A stretch of DNA of 64,000 bases from an uncultured archaeon (lineage in GTDB: Archaea > Aenigmatarchaeota > Aenigmatarchaeia > PWEA01 > JAGHBM01), in contig CAZOZN010000002.1 in the NCBI GenBank assembly GCA_964584335.1, positions 130,974 to 194,973 on the forward strand, given 5' to 3'. The translations under genes and the position numbers were made by a program. Below are positions 1-9,616 of the stretch, in pieces. Below the pieces are notes generated by a model. That model ran no database searches. It was not told the origin of the DNA and saw nothing but the letters and a program-made list of their open reading frames with translations. Within the stretch, counting starts at the first letter, position 1. Each line of letters starts with the position of its first letter.

Positions 1-762
1 ACAAAAATATTTGAACCCAGGGAATTTGAAAAGGACGGGAAAAAAGGAAAGGTTGTGAATATTATATTGGGCGACGAGACCGGCCAGACAAGGATGTCTT
101 TATGGAATGAGCAGGTAAATGCTGTTGAAGATGATAAAATAAAAGAAGAAAATGTCATGGAGATAAGCAATGCTTATGTAAAAGGAGATAACACAGGAAG
201 GAGTGAACTAAGACTGGGAAGGGAAGGTAAATTGAAAAAATCAAAGAAAAAAATAAAAGTAAAGAAAGGAAGCAGTTTGGGTCAACCACAAAAAATAAAG
301 TTAAATGATATTTCTACAGGAATATTTGCTGAAATAAGAGGCTCAATGGTACAGTTCTTTGAATCAAATCCCTTCTATTATGTTTGTCCTGAGTGCGGCA
401 AAAAACTAAATGAAGGTAAATGCAACGAACACGGTGAAGTAAAAGCAAAACCAGTTATGGTAATAAATGGTGTTATTGACGACGGGTACGGTAATATAAG
501 AGTTGTCTTTTTCAGGGAACAGGCAGAAAAAATATTAGGAATAGAGACTGAAGAAGCCTTTAAAATGACGGAAGAAGGTAAAAATCTTAAACCTCTGAGA
601 GACAGAATTGAAGAAAGGCTTGGCTCAGAATTCAAGGTAAAGGGAAGGTCAAAATTAAACAACTTCTTTGAAAGGATAGAACTCATAGCAAATGAAGTAT
701 CAGAAGTTGACCCTGAAGAAGAAGCCAAGGCAATTTTAAATAATCTAGAAGATAAAAAGTAA
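1..762 (+). CDS. rpa: Replication protein A (OB folds + Zn finger), 5'-truncated by window edge
   Basis: Frame is open from base 1. OB-fold motifs ([26 protein letters not shown]), a CPECGKK...C..H Zn finger, and position directly upstream of radA. Confidence 0.85.
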   Translation, partial: TKIFEPREFEKDGKKGKVVNIILGDETGQTRMSLWNEQVNAVEDDKIKEENVMEISNAYVKGDNTGRSELRLGREGKLKKSKKKIKVKKGSSLGQPQKIKLNDISTGIFAEIRGSMVQFFESNPFYYVCPECGKKLNEGKCNEHGEVKAKPVMVINGVIDDGYGNIRVVFFREQAEKILGIETEEAFKMTEEGKNLKPLRDRIEERLGSEFKVKGRSKLNNFFERIELIANEVSEVDPEEEAKAILNNLEDKK

Positions 763-772
763 GGCGGGGTAT

Positions 773-1753
773 ATGCCTAACAAAAAAGATTCAACCGAGA
801 AAGAAGAGAAAAAGAAAATAAAAAATATTTCAGACTTGCCGGGTGTTGGTGAAAAAACTGCAGAAAAAATGAAAGAATCCGGATATTCTGATTTAATGAG
901 TATAGCAGCAGCTTCGGCTTCAGAGCTATCGGAGAGAGTTGAAACCGGAGAAGCAACCGCATCAAAAATAATACAGGCTGCCAGGGATGCCATGGAAATG
1001 GGATTTGAAACAGCTACAAAAGTACTCAAGAGAAGAGAAAAAATAGGCAAAATAACAACAGGTTCCAAGGCATTGGATGAACTTCTTGGAGGAGGGCTTG
1101 AAACACAATCTATTTTTGAAGCACACGGAGCTTTCGGTTCTGCAAAAAGCCAGCTCGCATTCCAGCTAGCAGTAAACGTCCAACTTCCAAAGGAAGAAGG
1201 CGGGCTAAACAAGAAAGCTTTTTTTGTAGACACCGAAGGAACATTTAGGCCGGAAAGAATAATACAGATAGCAAGAGCCAAAGGTTTGGACGAAAACAAA
1301 ATACTAGGCGGCATATACGTTGCAAGAGCATATAACTCGGACCACCAAATACTTCTCGTAGACAAGCTAAAAGAAGAACTAAAGAAAAAAAATGTGGGAA
1401 TCGTTATAGTGGACTCACTTACTTCTTCGTTTAGAAGCGATTATACTGGTAGGGGGACATTATCAAGAAGACAACAAAAACTAAACAAGCACCTGCATGA
1501 GCTACAAAGGCTGGCAGATGTAAATAACGTGGCAATTTATATAACAAATCAGGTCATGTCAAACCCCGGAATACTTTTTGGTGACCCTACAAGACCCATA
1601 GGAGGTCACATACTCGGTCATCAGGCCACTTTCAGAGTCTATCTTAGAAAAAGCAAAGGAAATAAAAGAATAGCAAGGCTTATAGATTCTCCACATTTAC
1701 CTGAAGGTGAGTGTGTCTTCGTGGTAAATGAAAAAGGCATAGAGGACCCGTAA
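773..1753 (+). CDS. radA: DNA repair and recombination protein RadA
   Basis: N-terminal HhH ([10 protein letters not shown]), Walker [54 protein letters not shown]. Confidence 0.97.
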   Translation: MPNKKDSTEKEEKKKIKNISDLPGVGEKTAEKMKESGYSDLMSIAAASASELSERVETGEATASKIIQAARDAMEMGFETATKVLKRREKIGKITTGSKALDELLGGGLETQSIFEAHGAFGSAKSQLAFQLAVNVQLPKEEGGLNKKAFFVDTEGTFRPERIIQIARAKGLDENKILGGIYVARAYNSDHQILLVDKLKEELKKKNVGIVIVDSLTSSFRSDYTGRGTLSRRQQKLNKHLHELQRLADVNNVAIYITNQVMSNPGILFGDPTRPIGGHILGHQATFRVYLRKSKGNKRIARLIDSPHLPEGECVFVVNEKGIEDP

Positions 1754-2025
1754 TGTCTAGAAAAAAACTCGGATTCGGTATTTTTTTAATAGGTTTTGTT
1801 TTATTTTTGTTCGAAATTTTTCTGAACATAAAAAATCCCGGTGATAATATAATGAGAATGATAACCAAACCCATGGTTGGGTCCGGGATAGAAGATAATA
1901 AGTCTATATTATTTCTGGCTAGTATGGGTTCCTGGGCAATACCTATAATTTTTATGTTTGTGGGTGCAATAATAGCAAAAAGTAGCAAAGAAAAAAACGA
2001 AAGGGATTTTTTCGATAAAAAATAA
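1753..2025 (+). CDS. Small two-TM membrane protein, unknown function
   Basis: TAATG overlap with the radA stop; two hydrophobic segments. Confidence 0.6.
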   Translation: MSRKKLGFGIFLIGFVLFLFEIFLNIKNPGDNIMRMITKPMVGSGIEDNKSILFLASMGSWAIPIIFMFVGAIIAKSSKEKNERDFFDKK

Positions 2026-2030
2026 TATCC

Positions 2031-2288
2031 CTAAATTATATCCTTCTCTGAAACTATTACAAATTCTCCCACTGCTTTGACTGCAGAAAATGGTATAAGA
2101 AACCTTCCTCTCTCATCTTCCTGTACGTTAAGTTCGTTTACATATTTTGTCGGATCAACTAGAACAACATTCATCAATTCTCCCGATTCGGTTATAAAAC
2201 TAACATCACCAACAACGCCGAACTTTCTTCCTGTCTCATCGCTTACAAGTATCTTTCCCATTAGTTCCTTTCCTTTTACATTTTCCAA
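2031..2288 (-). CDS. PRC-barrel domain protein (CdpB-like cell-division family)
   Basis: LMGKILVSDETGRKFGVVGDVSF...GEL and IPFSAVKAVGEFVIV fit the PRC-barrel pattern; GGGGTGA RBS upstream. Confidence 0.8.
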   Translation of the reverse strand: MENVKGKELMGKILVSDETGRKFGVVGDVSFITESGELMNVVLVDPTKYVNELNVQEDERGRFLIPFSAVKAVGEFVIVSEKDII

Positions 2289-2331
2289 ATAATCACCCCA
2301 ATTAACTACCTATAGTATTATACACTTAAAT

Positions 2332-2868
2332 TTAAATGTTTATATCTTCAAGGACATCAATCAATTTCTTCCTTAATTCTTCTTTTGTGAGGTTTGTATT
2401 GTCTATAACGTAATCGGCCATTTTCATTAATTTGCCCACACCAAGCCTTAATTCGGCCATATCCCTCTCTTCGAGGTCTTTCTTACTAAATCCTGGAAAC
2501 CTTTCTCTTTTCTTCTCTCTTTCCAGTCTAGAATCGAAACTTGACTCTATTGCAATAATAACAAATTTTTTGTTCCTTCTCTTTAACTCCTCTATATCCT
2601 CCACGGACCTTAAACCTTCAATAACCAAATTGCTTTCTGCTTTTTCCAGCAACCTCTCTACAATAAGAGGTTCTCTCCCTTCTTTGTAAAACCAGTCTGC
2701 CATTTTTCTGTCTGTTTCCTTGCTATATTCCATTCCTCTCTGTCTTATTTCCTCTCTTATTATGTCCCCTGAAGAAACGGTGTAAAATCCCATTCTTCCA
2801 AGCATTTCAGCAGCAAAGCTCTTACCCGAAGAAGGCAAACCAACCAAAATTATTATCATAACTCTCAC
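2332..2868 (-). CDS. P-loop nucleotide kinase (UPF0200/dephospho-CoA kinase-like)
   Basis: GLPSSGKS, SSGDIIREE, IEGLRS, ERD..EL.LG, ADYVIDN. Confidence 0.8.
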   Translation of the reverse strand: MRVMIIILVGLPSSGKSFAAEMLGRMGFYTVSSGDIIREEIRQRGMEYSKETDRKMADWFYKEGREPLIVERLLEKAESNLVIEGLRSVEDIEELKRRNKKFVIIAIESSFDSRLEREKKRERFPGFSKKDLEERDMAELRLGVGKLMKMADYVIDNTNLTKEELRKKLIDVLEDINI

Positions 2869-2870
2869 AT

Positions 2871-4013
2871 TTAGCTCTTAATAAGAAGATTTTTTGTCTT
2901 AAGATTTAAAAAATAAACAAACCCCTTACCCTTTGGTTTCCTCTCCACATAACCCGACTTTGAAAGCCTTTTAAGTATATTATTGACAGACCTAACGGCA
3001 TGCTGTTTTGTCTTGTACTTCTCAAAACCAATTTTTTCTGCAATCTCAGAAGGGAATAATTCAGCGTTCTCGTTCAACAGTTTGATTATTTTTTTCTGTT
3101 TATAAGACAAATCACTCATAAAATCATTATTCAAGTCTCTTACTGGTGATTCACGTTTCCTATCGGTATTCACATCCTCAACAACTTCACTCTCAACAAT
3201 CTCTTTCGGCTTGTCTACCGACTTTTCAACACTTCCCGATATGTGACTTATCTCAAATATATTCTCTTCTACTGCTTTCTGGACCATTTTGTCACACATT
3301 TTCAATATTTCCCTGGGAAACCCTCCGGTTTTCTCGTATATTTCTTTCACAGAAGTCTCTGTAAACGGTTTTATACCCTCACCACCAACACTCGATATTC
3401 TCTTTTCTATAAGTTCACGTGACTCTTCACGGGTAAGATTTATAAGCTCTACCTTAGTCACAATTCTGCTCCTTAAAGTTTCCAGGTTAGCCCTCAAAAC
3501 ATCATCAACTGTTGACAAACCAGCCAAAATCAACTGCATATTGTTTATCTGGTCCGTTATTGTTCTAAACCACTTTAATACCTCAATATCTGCCTCATGA
3601 GTTTCATCAAGAAGAACAACTAGCCTCTTATTACCGAGCTTTTTATTCATGTACACGTGAATGTCATGAAGTCTCACATTCGAGCCAAAAATCCTCTCAA
3701 AAAATGAAGGCCTGTACCTGGATAAGAACAAATCCAACAAGTCTTCTTTTCTAGGAGGTTTGGATATATAAAGAACGTCATATTTGCCGTGCAAATCCTT
3801 CTCCATAAGCTTCATTAAAGTTGTTTTGCCTGAACCCGTGGAACCCGTCACAAGACCCACCTTATGACCTTCACGTATGTGATTTGTCAGCTTCTTTAGC
3901 TGTTCACGATAACCAACAAAAAGAACAGGGTCTATCTTTAACGTAAAGGGATTCTCAGACCAATTTAAAGTTTCAAGCCAATTCTCAAGATTTTTTTCAT
4001 AATCCTCTATCAT
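2871..4013 (-). CDS. AAA+ ATPase (ExeA/GspA-like) with C-terminal winged HTH
   Basis: NPF motif, Walker A GSTGSGKTT, Walker B LLDETH, LILAG, LRSRI, TGGFPREI; C-terminal wHTH (PSEIAEKI...LKRLSKSGYVERK). Confidence 0.8.
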   Translation of the reverse strand: MIEDYEKNLENWLETLNWSENPFTLKIDPVLFVGYREQLKKLTNHIREGHKVGLVTGSTGSGKTTLMKLMEKDLHGKYDVLYISKPPRKEDLLDLFLSRYRPSFFERIFGSNVRLHDIHVYMNKKLGNKRLVVLLDETHEADIEVLKWFRTITDQINNMQLILAGLSTVDDVLRANLETLRSRIVTKVELINLTREESRELIEKRISSVGGEGIKPFTETSVKEIYEKTGGFPREILKMCDKMVQKAVEENIFEISHISGSVEKSVDKPKEIVESEVVEDVNTDRKRESPVRDLNNDFMSDLSYKQKKIIKLLNENAELFPSEIAEKIGFEKYKTKQHAVRSVNNILKRLSKSGYVERKPKGKGFVYFLNLKTKNLLIKS

Positions 4014-4022
4014 CTAAGCACC

Positions 4023-4354
4023 TTCACGTGTGTAACGTGTATATTCACAAAAATAAATTTCACGTGAATATAATAAATCTAAAAATACAAGTACTTAAAG
4101 CTTTTGTTCCAATTTCACGTGAATTTCACGTGAATATTACGTGAATGTAACGTGAAATATATATGAAATTGTGAATGTTATGTGAATGTTTTGTGAAATA
4201 TAAAGATTATGTGAACGTTCACGTGAATAATATGTGAATGTTTTGTGATGTTAATTTCGCACCAAAATTAAAAAACATATTAAAAAAATTATGTGAAGTC
4301 TTGAATCTTATTCACGTGAATAGTATGTGAATGTTGCGTGAATACTATGTGAAT
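4023..4354 (+). repeat. Array of about 18-20 degenerate 11-bp repeats with GTGAA(T) core, including perfect TTCACGTGAA palindromes
   Basis: Cores at 4119/4130/4141/4152, 4171/4182/4193, 4223/4234/4245 (GTGAT) and 4316/4327/4338/4349. Palindromes at 4059, 4114, 4125, 4218 and 4311. Confidence 0.9.
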
Positions 4355-4420
4355 ACCAAATAAAAGAAGGTTTAGTAATAAAGCAGACATAAAACTGTAA
4401 GAATATTATTATTTCTGCTA

Positions 4421-4770
4421 TGTGAGTTTACAGAAGAGCAAAAAAGACCAATATTTAACGTTTTACCGTATTATGTGAAGTTTTTGCCATAAATTAAGCT
4501 ATTTTATGATTTCTTGCATGAATGTGAGTTTTAAGCAAAAAAGGGGGAATATTCTATGTTAAATACCATCAATTACCCCCTGCATGTTAGGCAAAAAAAC
4601 ACATATTTAGATAAAAAAATGAAAAAGTGAGAGTTTTAGGTGTTATTTTTGCGTATTTTTTGACAAAAAATGAGATTTTAATATCAAATGTGAGAGTTAA
4701 TGTGAGTTTAGTAAAAATAAAATGACTTTTTTATTGGATAGTGAGAATAAAAATAAAAAAATGAGTTTAA
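4421..4770 (+). repeat. Dispersed (T)GTGAG(AG)TTT-type repeats
   Basis: Copies near 4421, 4523, 4627, 4689, 4701, 4741 and 4761, all on the same strand. Confidence 0.6.
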
Positions 4771-5081
4771 TCAAAATCTGAGAGTATTTCATTGGTCCTA
4801 AGTATTTTTCTGAGAGTTGTGTTTAAGTTGTTATCGTTTAGCTTGTTAAAAACGCCGCTTTTGAGCCTTATTATTCTCACACCAAAGAAATTTCCTTCTT
4901 CATTCCTAGCACCTATGTTTTCAACTAAATTAGACATTACACCATCTAAATAATAATGAACAGTAGAAAGCGGTATTTTAGAGTCTCTTGAAAGTTTTCT
5001 AAGCCATATACCATCTGGATTAGACAAAAGAACGGTTATAATCCTTTTTATTTTACTATAATCGGGTGTTTTATTAGGCAT
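4767..5081 (-). CDS. Winged helix-turn-helix DNA-binding protein
   Basis: NPDGIWLRKLSRDSKIPLSTVHYYL HTH pattern. ATG at 5081 is preceded by a GGAGG RBS; the track start at 5123 is possible. Confidence 0.7.
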   Translation of the reverse strand: MPNKTPDYSKIKRIITVLLSNPDGIWLRKLSRDSKIPLSTVHYYLDGVMSNLVENIGARNEEGNFFGVRIIRLKSGVFNKLNDNNLNTTLRKILRTNEILSDFD

Positions 5082-5148
5082 ATTATCCTCCACATTAACT
5101 ATTGAACACTGTTCATCTAACATTTTGTTTTTGTTATTTAAAATACTT

Positions 5149-5883
5149 CTAGACCCTTTCCTCGCCCTTCTCCTCTGTTCTTATGCTAACTTCAATACCA
5201 AATTTTTTGGGTATTTTAGAAAGGTCAATTAATTTGCTTCTTTTTGTGTTTGGTAAAGCAGACAATTTACTGTCAAAAGTACCGTTTACTCCCCTAAATT
5301 GCTGTAAAACGTATCTTTTAGCAGGTTTTATTAAATTACATATAGAAATAATATCCTTTTCATCATCATTCATGCCGGGCACGATAGTTGTTCTTAGTTC
5401 ATAATCAACTGAAGATTCTCTTAAAACATTCAAAGATTCTTTAACTCTGTTTATATCGCATTTTATACCAGAAAATTTGTCATATCTTTCAGCTGAAGAC
5501 TTAACATCCATGGATACAAAATCCAAAAGATTACCATTTAACAATTCTCTTAGTTTTTCAGGATTATACCCGTTTGTATCCAATTTTAAAGATATTTTTT
5601 TGCTTTTCAAACCAAAACAAAGCTTCTTAAGGGCGTCAAACTGAAGAGTAGGTTCTCCTCCAGTAAAAACAACAGCATCAATAAAATCAATGTTTTCGTT
5701 AATACTATCCAGTAAATCCGATACTTTCTCTTCTCTGTAATCGTTGCCTTCCAGAAGCTTTATATTGTAACAAAATGGGCATCTGAAATTGCAGCCATAA
5801 AAAAATATGACAGAAGATATTTTACCGCTATAATCAACAGTCGACATGTCGATTATTCCGCCTATTTTTACTTTCACGTTCAA
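5149..5883 (-). CDS. nrdG: Anaerobic ribonucleotide reductase activating enzyme (radical SAM)
   Basis: GCNFRCPFCYN CxxxCxxC, TGGEPT, DTNG, ELRTT; in operon with nrdD. Confidence 0.93.
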   Translation of the reverse strand: MNVKVKIGGIIDMSTVDYSGKISSVIFFYGCNFRCPFCYNIKLLEGNDYREEKVSDLLDSINENIDFIDAVVFTGGEPTLQFDALKKLCFGLKSKKISLKLDTNGYNPEKLRELLNGNLLDFVSMDVKSSAERYDKFSGIKCDINRVKESLNVLRESSVDYELRTTIVPGMNDDEKDIISICNLIKPAKRYVLQQFRGVNGTFDSKLSALPNTKRSKLIDLSKIPKKFGIEVSIRTEEKGEERV

Positions 5884-6245
5884 ACACGCTCTTTTATCGC
5901 ATTTAAAAGCTCATCCTTTGTTGGAACATGAGAAATAAAAATTGCCTCCTCTTCAAATACAAAAGAAGGAGTAGAAGCGACTTGGTGCATGAGTGCCTCC
6001 ATTGAAAAATCCTTTCCTACAACCGCTGAAGGTGTTTTTTCTTCGCTTATTTCGTTCTCTGAATAAACAAAATTATATTTTTGTCCCTCAAGTACATGTT
6101 CTCCCTTTTTGAGGTCTTCGCCGTCTATTATTTTCTCTACAAAATCTTTACCTTCTTTCCATTTCAACTCTCTTGCAGCATCCCTTAAAACCTTCCTGGC
6201 TTCAGGGCAATGAGGACACTTGACTCCTGTATATAATATCAACAT
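5880..6245 (-). CDS. Thioredoxin/glutaredoxin-fold protein (NrdH-like)
   Basis: CPHC motif, VASTP cis-Pro loop; lies between nrdD and nrdG. Confidence 0.8.
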   Translation of the reverse strand: MLILYTGVKCPHCPEARKVLRDAARELKWKEGKDFVEKIIDGEDLKKGEHVLEGQKYNFVYSENEISEEKTPSAVVGKDFSMEALMHQVASTPSFVFEEEAIFISHVPTKDELLNAIKERV

Positions 6246-6248
6246 AAA

Positions 6249-8591
6249 TCAGACACCGTATCTTTTCCTGTCTCTAAGTTCCGCTAACTTTCCCTTATCC
6301 CATCCTTTTATATTCTGGTAATAACCCGTTATTCTTGACCAATTCTGGACATTATCACTGCCGCACTTAGAACAATTATCCATTAAACCTCCCATTACAC
6401 TTCCGCAACTCTCGCATACCGTAAGGTCCTTAGTAAAAGCCATATATTGGATTGCAGTTTTTAAAGCTATTTTCTTAGTCAGTTCCATGACGGCTTCAGG
6501 ATTTGGATGTGCTTCTCCGAACCAAACATGGCTCATGGCTCCGCCATCCGTAAGAGGATGGAAAGACCCTTCTACTTTCATTCTCTTAAAAAGAGACACG
6601 TTTGCACTGGGCCTTACATGAAAAGAATTGGTGTAGTACGTGGAATTTGTACCAGGATCCCCTTGAACGATTGCCTTATTACCGTACATTCTTTTATCTA
6701 TTTCCGCTAGCCTGTTTGCAGTCGACTCGGCGGGTGTTCTAGCCAAAGCAAAATTCATTCCGGTTTCATCCCTAAATTTCGCAACAACATCCTTCATATG
6801 CTTCATTACCTTAAGACCGAAAATCCATGCCCTTTTAGACTCGTGTATCTCTTCACCCACATGAAATTTCACCATCTCATTTATACCCACCAAACCTATC
6901 GTATAACTCTGTTTATCTGGCTCAAAATATCTCTCATCATCACCTATTTTTTGACTTAGGAAGGGAAGCATTCCTATATTCAGGTTCCTCTCTATTATAT
7001 CATGCCTCAAGCACATCACTTTTTTTGCCTTTTCCATTCTTTCATCCAAAATCTCAAAAAGTTTTTCGTCGTTTCCCCGTGACTCATAAGCTATTTGGGG
7101 CAGGTTTATGGTAACTACCTGAAGAGAACCTCCCCTGACGGTTTCCTCCTCCAGGTTATCCGTATCTATCGACTTATCGAGTGGCATAAGATATGCACAA
7201 CACTGATAACAGGCAAAATCAGGCATATATGGTTGATTTATAATATAATAAGGTGTGCCAAACTTTGCTGCAAGTTCTGAAACCTTAAGCAGTTCCTCGT
7301 CATACTTTCCGTTTTTAAAGTCTTTGGGATAGATCTGCACCTCAAACTTAGGAAAATTAAAAGGCTTGCCTTGATAATCGCCGTGTGAATATACATCTAA
7401 AAATGCCTTGAACAAAGTTCTTGCCTCCTCCTCGTAATCGCCGTAAACATCTCCATTCTTCTTTCCTCCCAATTGTATTGCTTTTATGTCCCTGAAAACC
7501 TTAGGAATTGTTATATCCAAATCAACAGAAGAGAAAACAGTCTGACCGCCTCTTGCAACGTACATCTGCCCCATTTCAAAAATAAACATCTGGGCGAGTT
7601 GCCTGACCTGTTTAAAGGACAACCCCCTTACAACCGGTGCAAGGAAAGTATTAAAATAGGAAAACCCCTGTCCTCCCGCACAATTTGTTTGAGAAGCCGC
7701 CAAAACCTTTGCTGCATGTAAAAATGCTACTTCAGGAGTTTTAGCAGGCCCTGCTATTGTTGCATGATCCCCTGTCCCATCGGGCTTAAACCCATTCTTA
7801 AGAAAGAATCTTATATCATGAGAAAAGCAGAAAGGTCTTATTGGGAAGTAATCTAAATCGTGTATGTGTACCTGAGCATTCATATGAGCATTGGCCAAAT
7901 CCTTTGGTAAAACCTTAGTCAGGGTATATTCCTTCATCATCCTGTCCCCCATTAGTTTGTGAATTGTCTCGGGGTTGTATTGAAGATTAGCATTCTCCCT
8001 GGTACCTTCATTAATAAGCTTTGTCATGTCAAAAACCGGGACACCGACCCTAGTGTACTTTCTTCTTACATCCTCAAAACCATGTTCTATAAGCTTTGCA
8101 TTCACTATTTCCCTAATTAGCGGGGAAGACACATAATCCAGGCTTGAGTTTCTTATAAAACGCTCTACTTCGTTTGCTATTTTATCTGAATCCTTTTCCT
8201 TTATTCCGGTTTCATTTATTAAAGAATCTTTTATCTTATCCTTGTTAAATCTCTCAAAAATATGAGAAGAAGTTGCTACGTATATGTCTCCCGCCCTAAA
8301 TCTTCTAGCAGCGCTGGGGTCCTTCTTCTGCAAAAGAGTGAATATCAAAGGCCTTATTTCAGACATTTTGACCCTGTTATCGGTATACTTGTCTATTTCA
8401 TATGCAATTTCTTCTGCTATCTTTTTATCAGTACCCAGCTGAAGACATATTGAAACTACCTTTTTTGTGTCATATTTTTCCAACTGGGATAGCCAGAAAT
8501 TTATATTGTTTCTATCGACGGAACAAAAATCTTCTATTGCCTCATCGATGTCTCTAACCATAAGTATAGAATCTTTATTCATGTAAATCAC
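6249..8591 (-). CDS. nrdD: Class III anaerobic ribonucleoside-triphosphate reductase with ATP-cone
   Basis: ATP cone, HIHDLDY, TPAES, YTNSFH, CESC/CSKC Zn site, SRITGYY glycyl-radical loop. Confidence 0.96.
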   Translation of the reverse strand: MIYMNKDSILMVRDIDEAIEDFCSVDRNNINFWLSQLEKYDTKKVVSICLQLGTDKKIAEEIAYEIDKYTDNRVKMSEIRPLIFTLLQKKDPSAARRFRAGDIYVATSSHIFERFNKDKIKDSLINETGIKEKDSDKIANEVERFIRNSSLDYVSSPLIREIVNAKLIEHGFEDVRRKYTRVGVPVFDMTKLINEGTRENANLQYNPETIHKLMGDRMMKEYTLTKVLPKDLANAHMNAQVHIHDLDYFPIRPFCFSHDIRFFLKNGFKPDGTGDHATIAGPAKTPEVAFLHAAKVLAASQTNCAGGQGFSYFNTFLAPVVRGLSFKQVRQLAQMFIFEMGQMYVARGGQTVFSSVDLDITIPKVFRDIKAIQLGGKKNGDVYGDYEEEARTLFKAFLDVYSHGDYQGKPFNFPKFEVQIYPKDFKNGKYDEELLKVSELAAKFGTPYYIINQPYMPDFACYQCCAYLMPLDKSIDTDNLEEETVRGGSLQVVTINLPQIAYESRGNDEKLFEILDERMEKAKKVMCLRHDIIERNLNIGMLPFLSQKIGDDERYFEPDKQSYTIGLVGINEMVKFHVGEEIHESKRAWIFGLKVMKHMKDVVAKFRDETGMNFALARTPAESTANRLAEIDKRMYGNKAIVQGDPGTNSTYYTNSFHVRPSANVSLFKRMKVEGSFHPLTDGGAMSHVWFGEAHPNPEAVMELTKKIALKTAIQYMAFTKDLTVCESCGSVMGGLMDNCSKCGSDNVQNWSRITGYYQNIKGWDKGKLAELRDRKRYGV

Positions 8592-8646
8592 TGTATGCGG
8601 TGCTGTGTATTACTACTTATAATACTAAAAAATTACATATAAAGAA

Positions 8647-9219
8647 ATGTATACTAAAAAATATAATATCCATAAGGTGATAAAAATTAGAGTATTTTTG
8701 GGTATACCACTTTCAAAAAAAACAAGAGAAAATGTATGTAAAATTGCAAACCAAATAAAAACAAAAGGAATAAAATTAACGAATCCAGAAAATCTACACT
8801 GGACAGTAAGGTTCTTTGGTGAAGTCAGCGATAAAGAACTTGAAAGAATAAAAAATCTAATGGAAAAAATAAAACCAGAAGATTTGGAAATAGAAATAAG
8901 AGGTATTGGTGCCTTCCCGAGTAGGGATTTTATCAAAGTAATATGGTTAGGCGTTGGTAAAGGAAGGGGAGAATTTCAGGAATTTCTAGAAGAAACAAAC
9001 AAAATATTTCACGGTATGGGCAAAAATAACAAAATAAAAGCGCACCTGACAATAGGAAGGGCAAAAAAAATCAAGAACAAAAAAGAAATCATAAAAAACT
9101 TAGAAAAAATAGGAGACTCAAAAATAGCAAAGATGAAAATAGACAAAATAATTCTTTATGAAAGCACACTAACAAACAAGGGTCCGGTATACAAAGAATT
9201 AAAAAAAATTGAGTGGTAA
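8647..9219 (+). CDS. thpR: RNA 2',3'-cyclic phosphodiesterase (2H family)
   Basis: Two HxT motifs (NLHWTVRFFG, AHLTIGR), GAFP, YESTL...GPVY. True start may be about 10 codons downstream. Confidence 0.9.
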   Translation: MYTKKYNIHKVIKIRVFLGIPLSKKTRENVCKIANQIKTKGIKLTNPENLHWTVRFFGEVSDKELERIKNLMEKIKPEDLEIEIRGIGAFPSRDFIKVIWLGVGKGRGEFQEFLEETNKIFHGMGKNNKIKAHLTIGRAKKIKNKKEIIKNLEKIGDSKIAKMKIDKIILYESTLTNKGPVYKELKKIEW

Positions 9220-9589
9220 ATTGAAAGAAAAAAACATTTTAAAGATATCGCTTTTTTGCTCTATAATAGGTGTTTCTATTTTGTTTCTGGGAATAAATCT
9301 AATGGAAGTAAATAAAGTAAATATAGAAGACATAAAAGAAGAAGATATAGGGAAACTGGTTTCGGTAGAAGGAAAAATAAAATCTAAATATTACAACGGT
9401 GAGCATCTTTTCTTTGACTTGGAAGACGAAACAGACGAAATAAAAATAGTAGTATTCGAAAATATAATAAAAAAACTAAAAATAGAACCGGATAAAATAA
9501 GAAACGGTAAAGAGATTTTTGTTTCAGGGGAAGTAGAAAAATACGAAGGAGAACTGGAAATTATACCTAATAAAATTAGATTAAATTAA
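9209..9589 (+). CDS. Membrane-anchored OB-fold protein
   Basis: N-terminal TM, then an OB pattern (VSVEGKI...LEDETDEIKIVVF...VSGEVEKYEGELEI). Confidence 0.7.
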   Translation: MSGKLKEKNILKISLFCSIIGVSILFLGINLMEVNKVNIEDIKEEDIGKLVSVEGKIKSKYYNGEHLFFDLEDETDEIKIVVFENIIKKLKIEPDKIRNGKEIFVSGEVEKYEGELEIIPNKIRLN

Positions 9590-9616
9590 TTTTAATAATA
9601 AGGATTAAAAGATATT

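Noticed and set aside
2871-4013. Type II secretion ExeA
   Set aside because: No secretion genes nearby and no TM or peptidoglycan-binding domain; it has a wHTH instead.
4023-4354. CRISPR array or coding repeat
   Set aside because: Units are 11 bp and degenerate with no unique spacers, there are no cas genes in the window, and no ORF spans the region.
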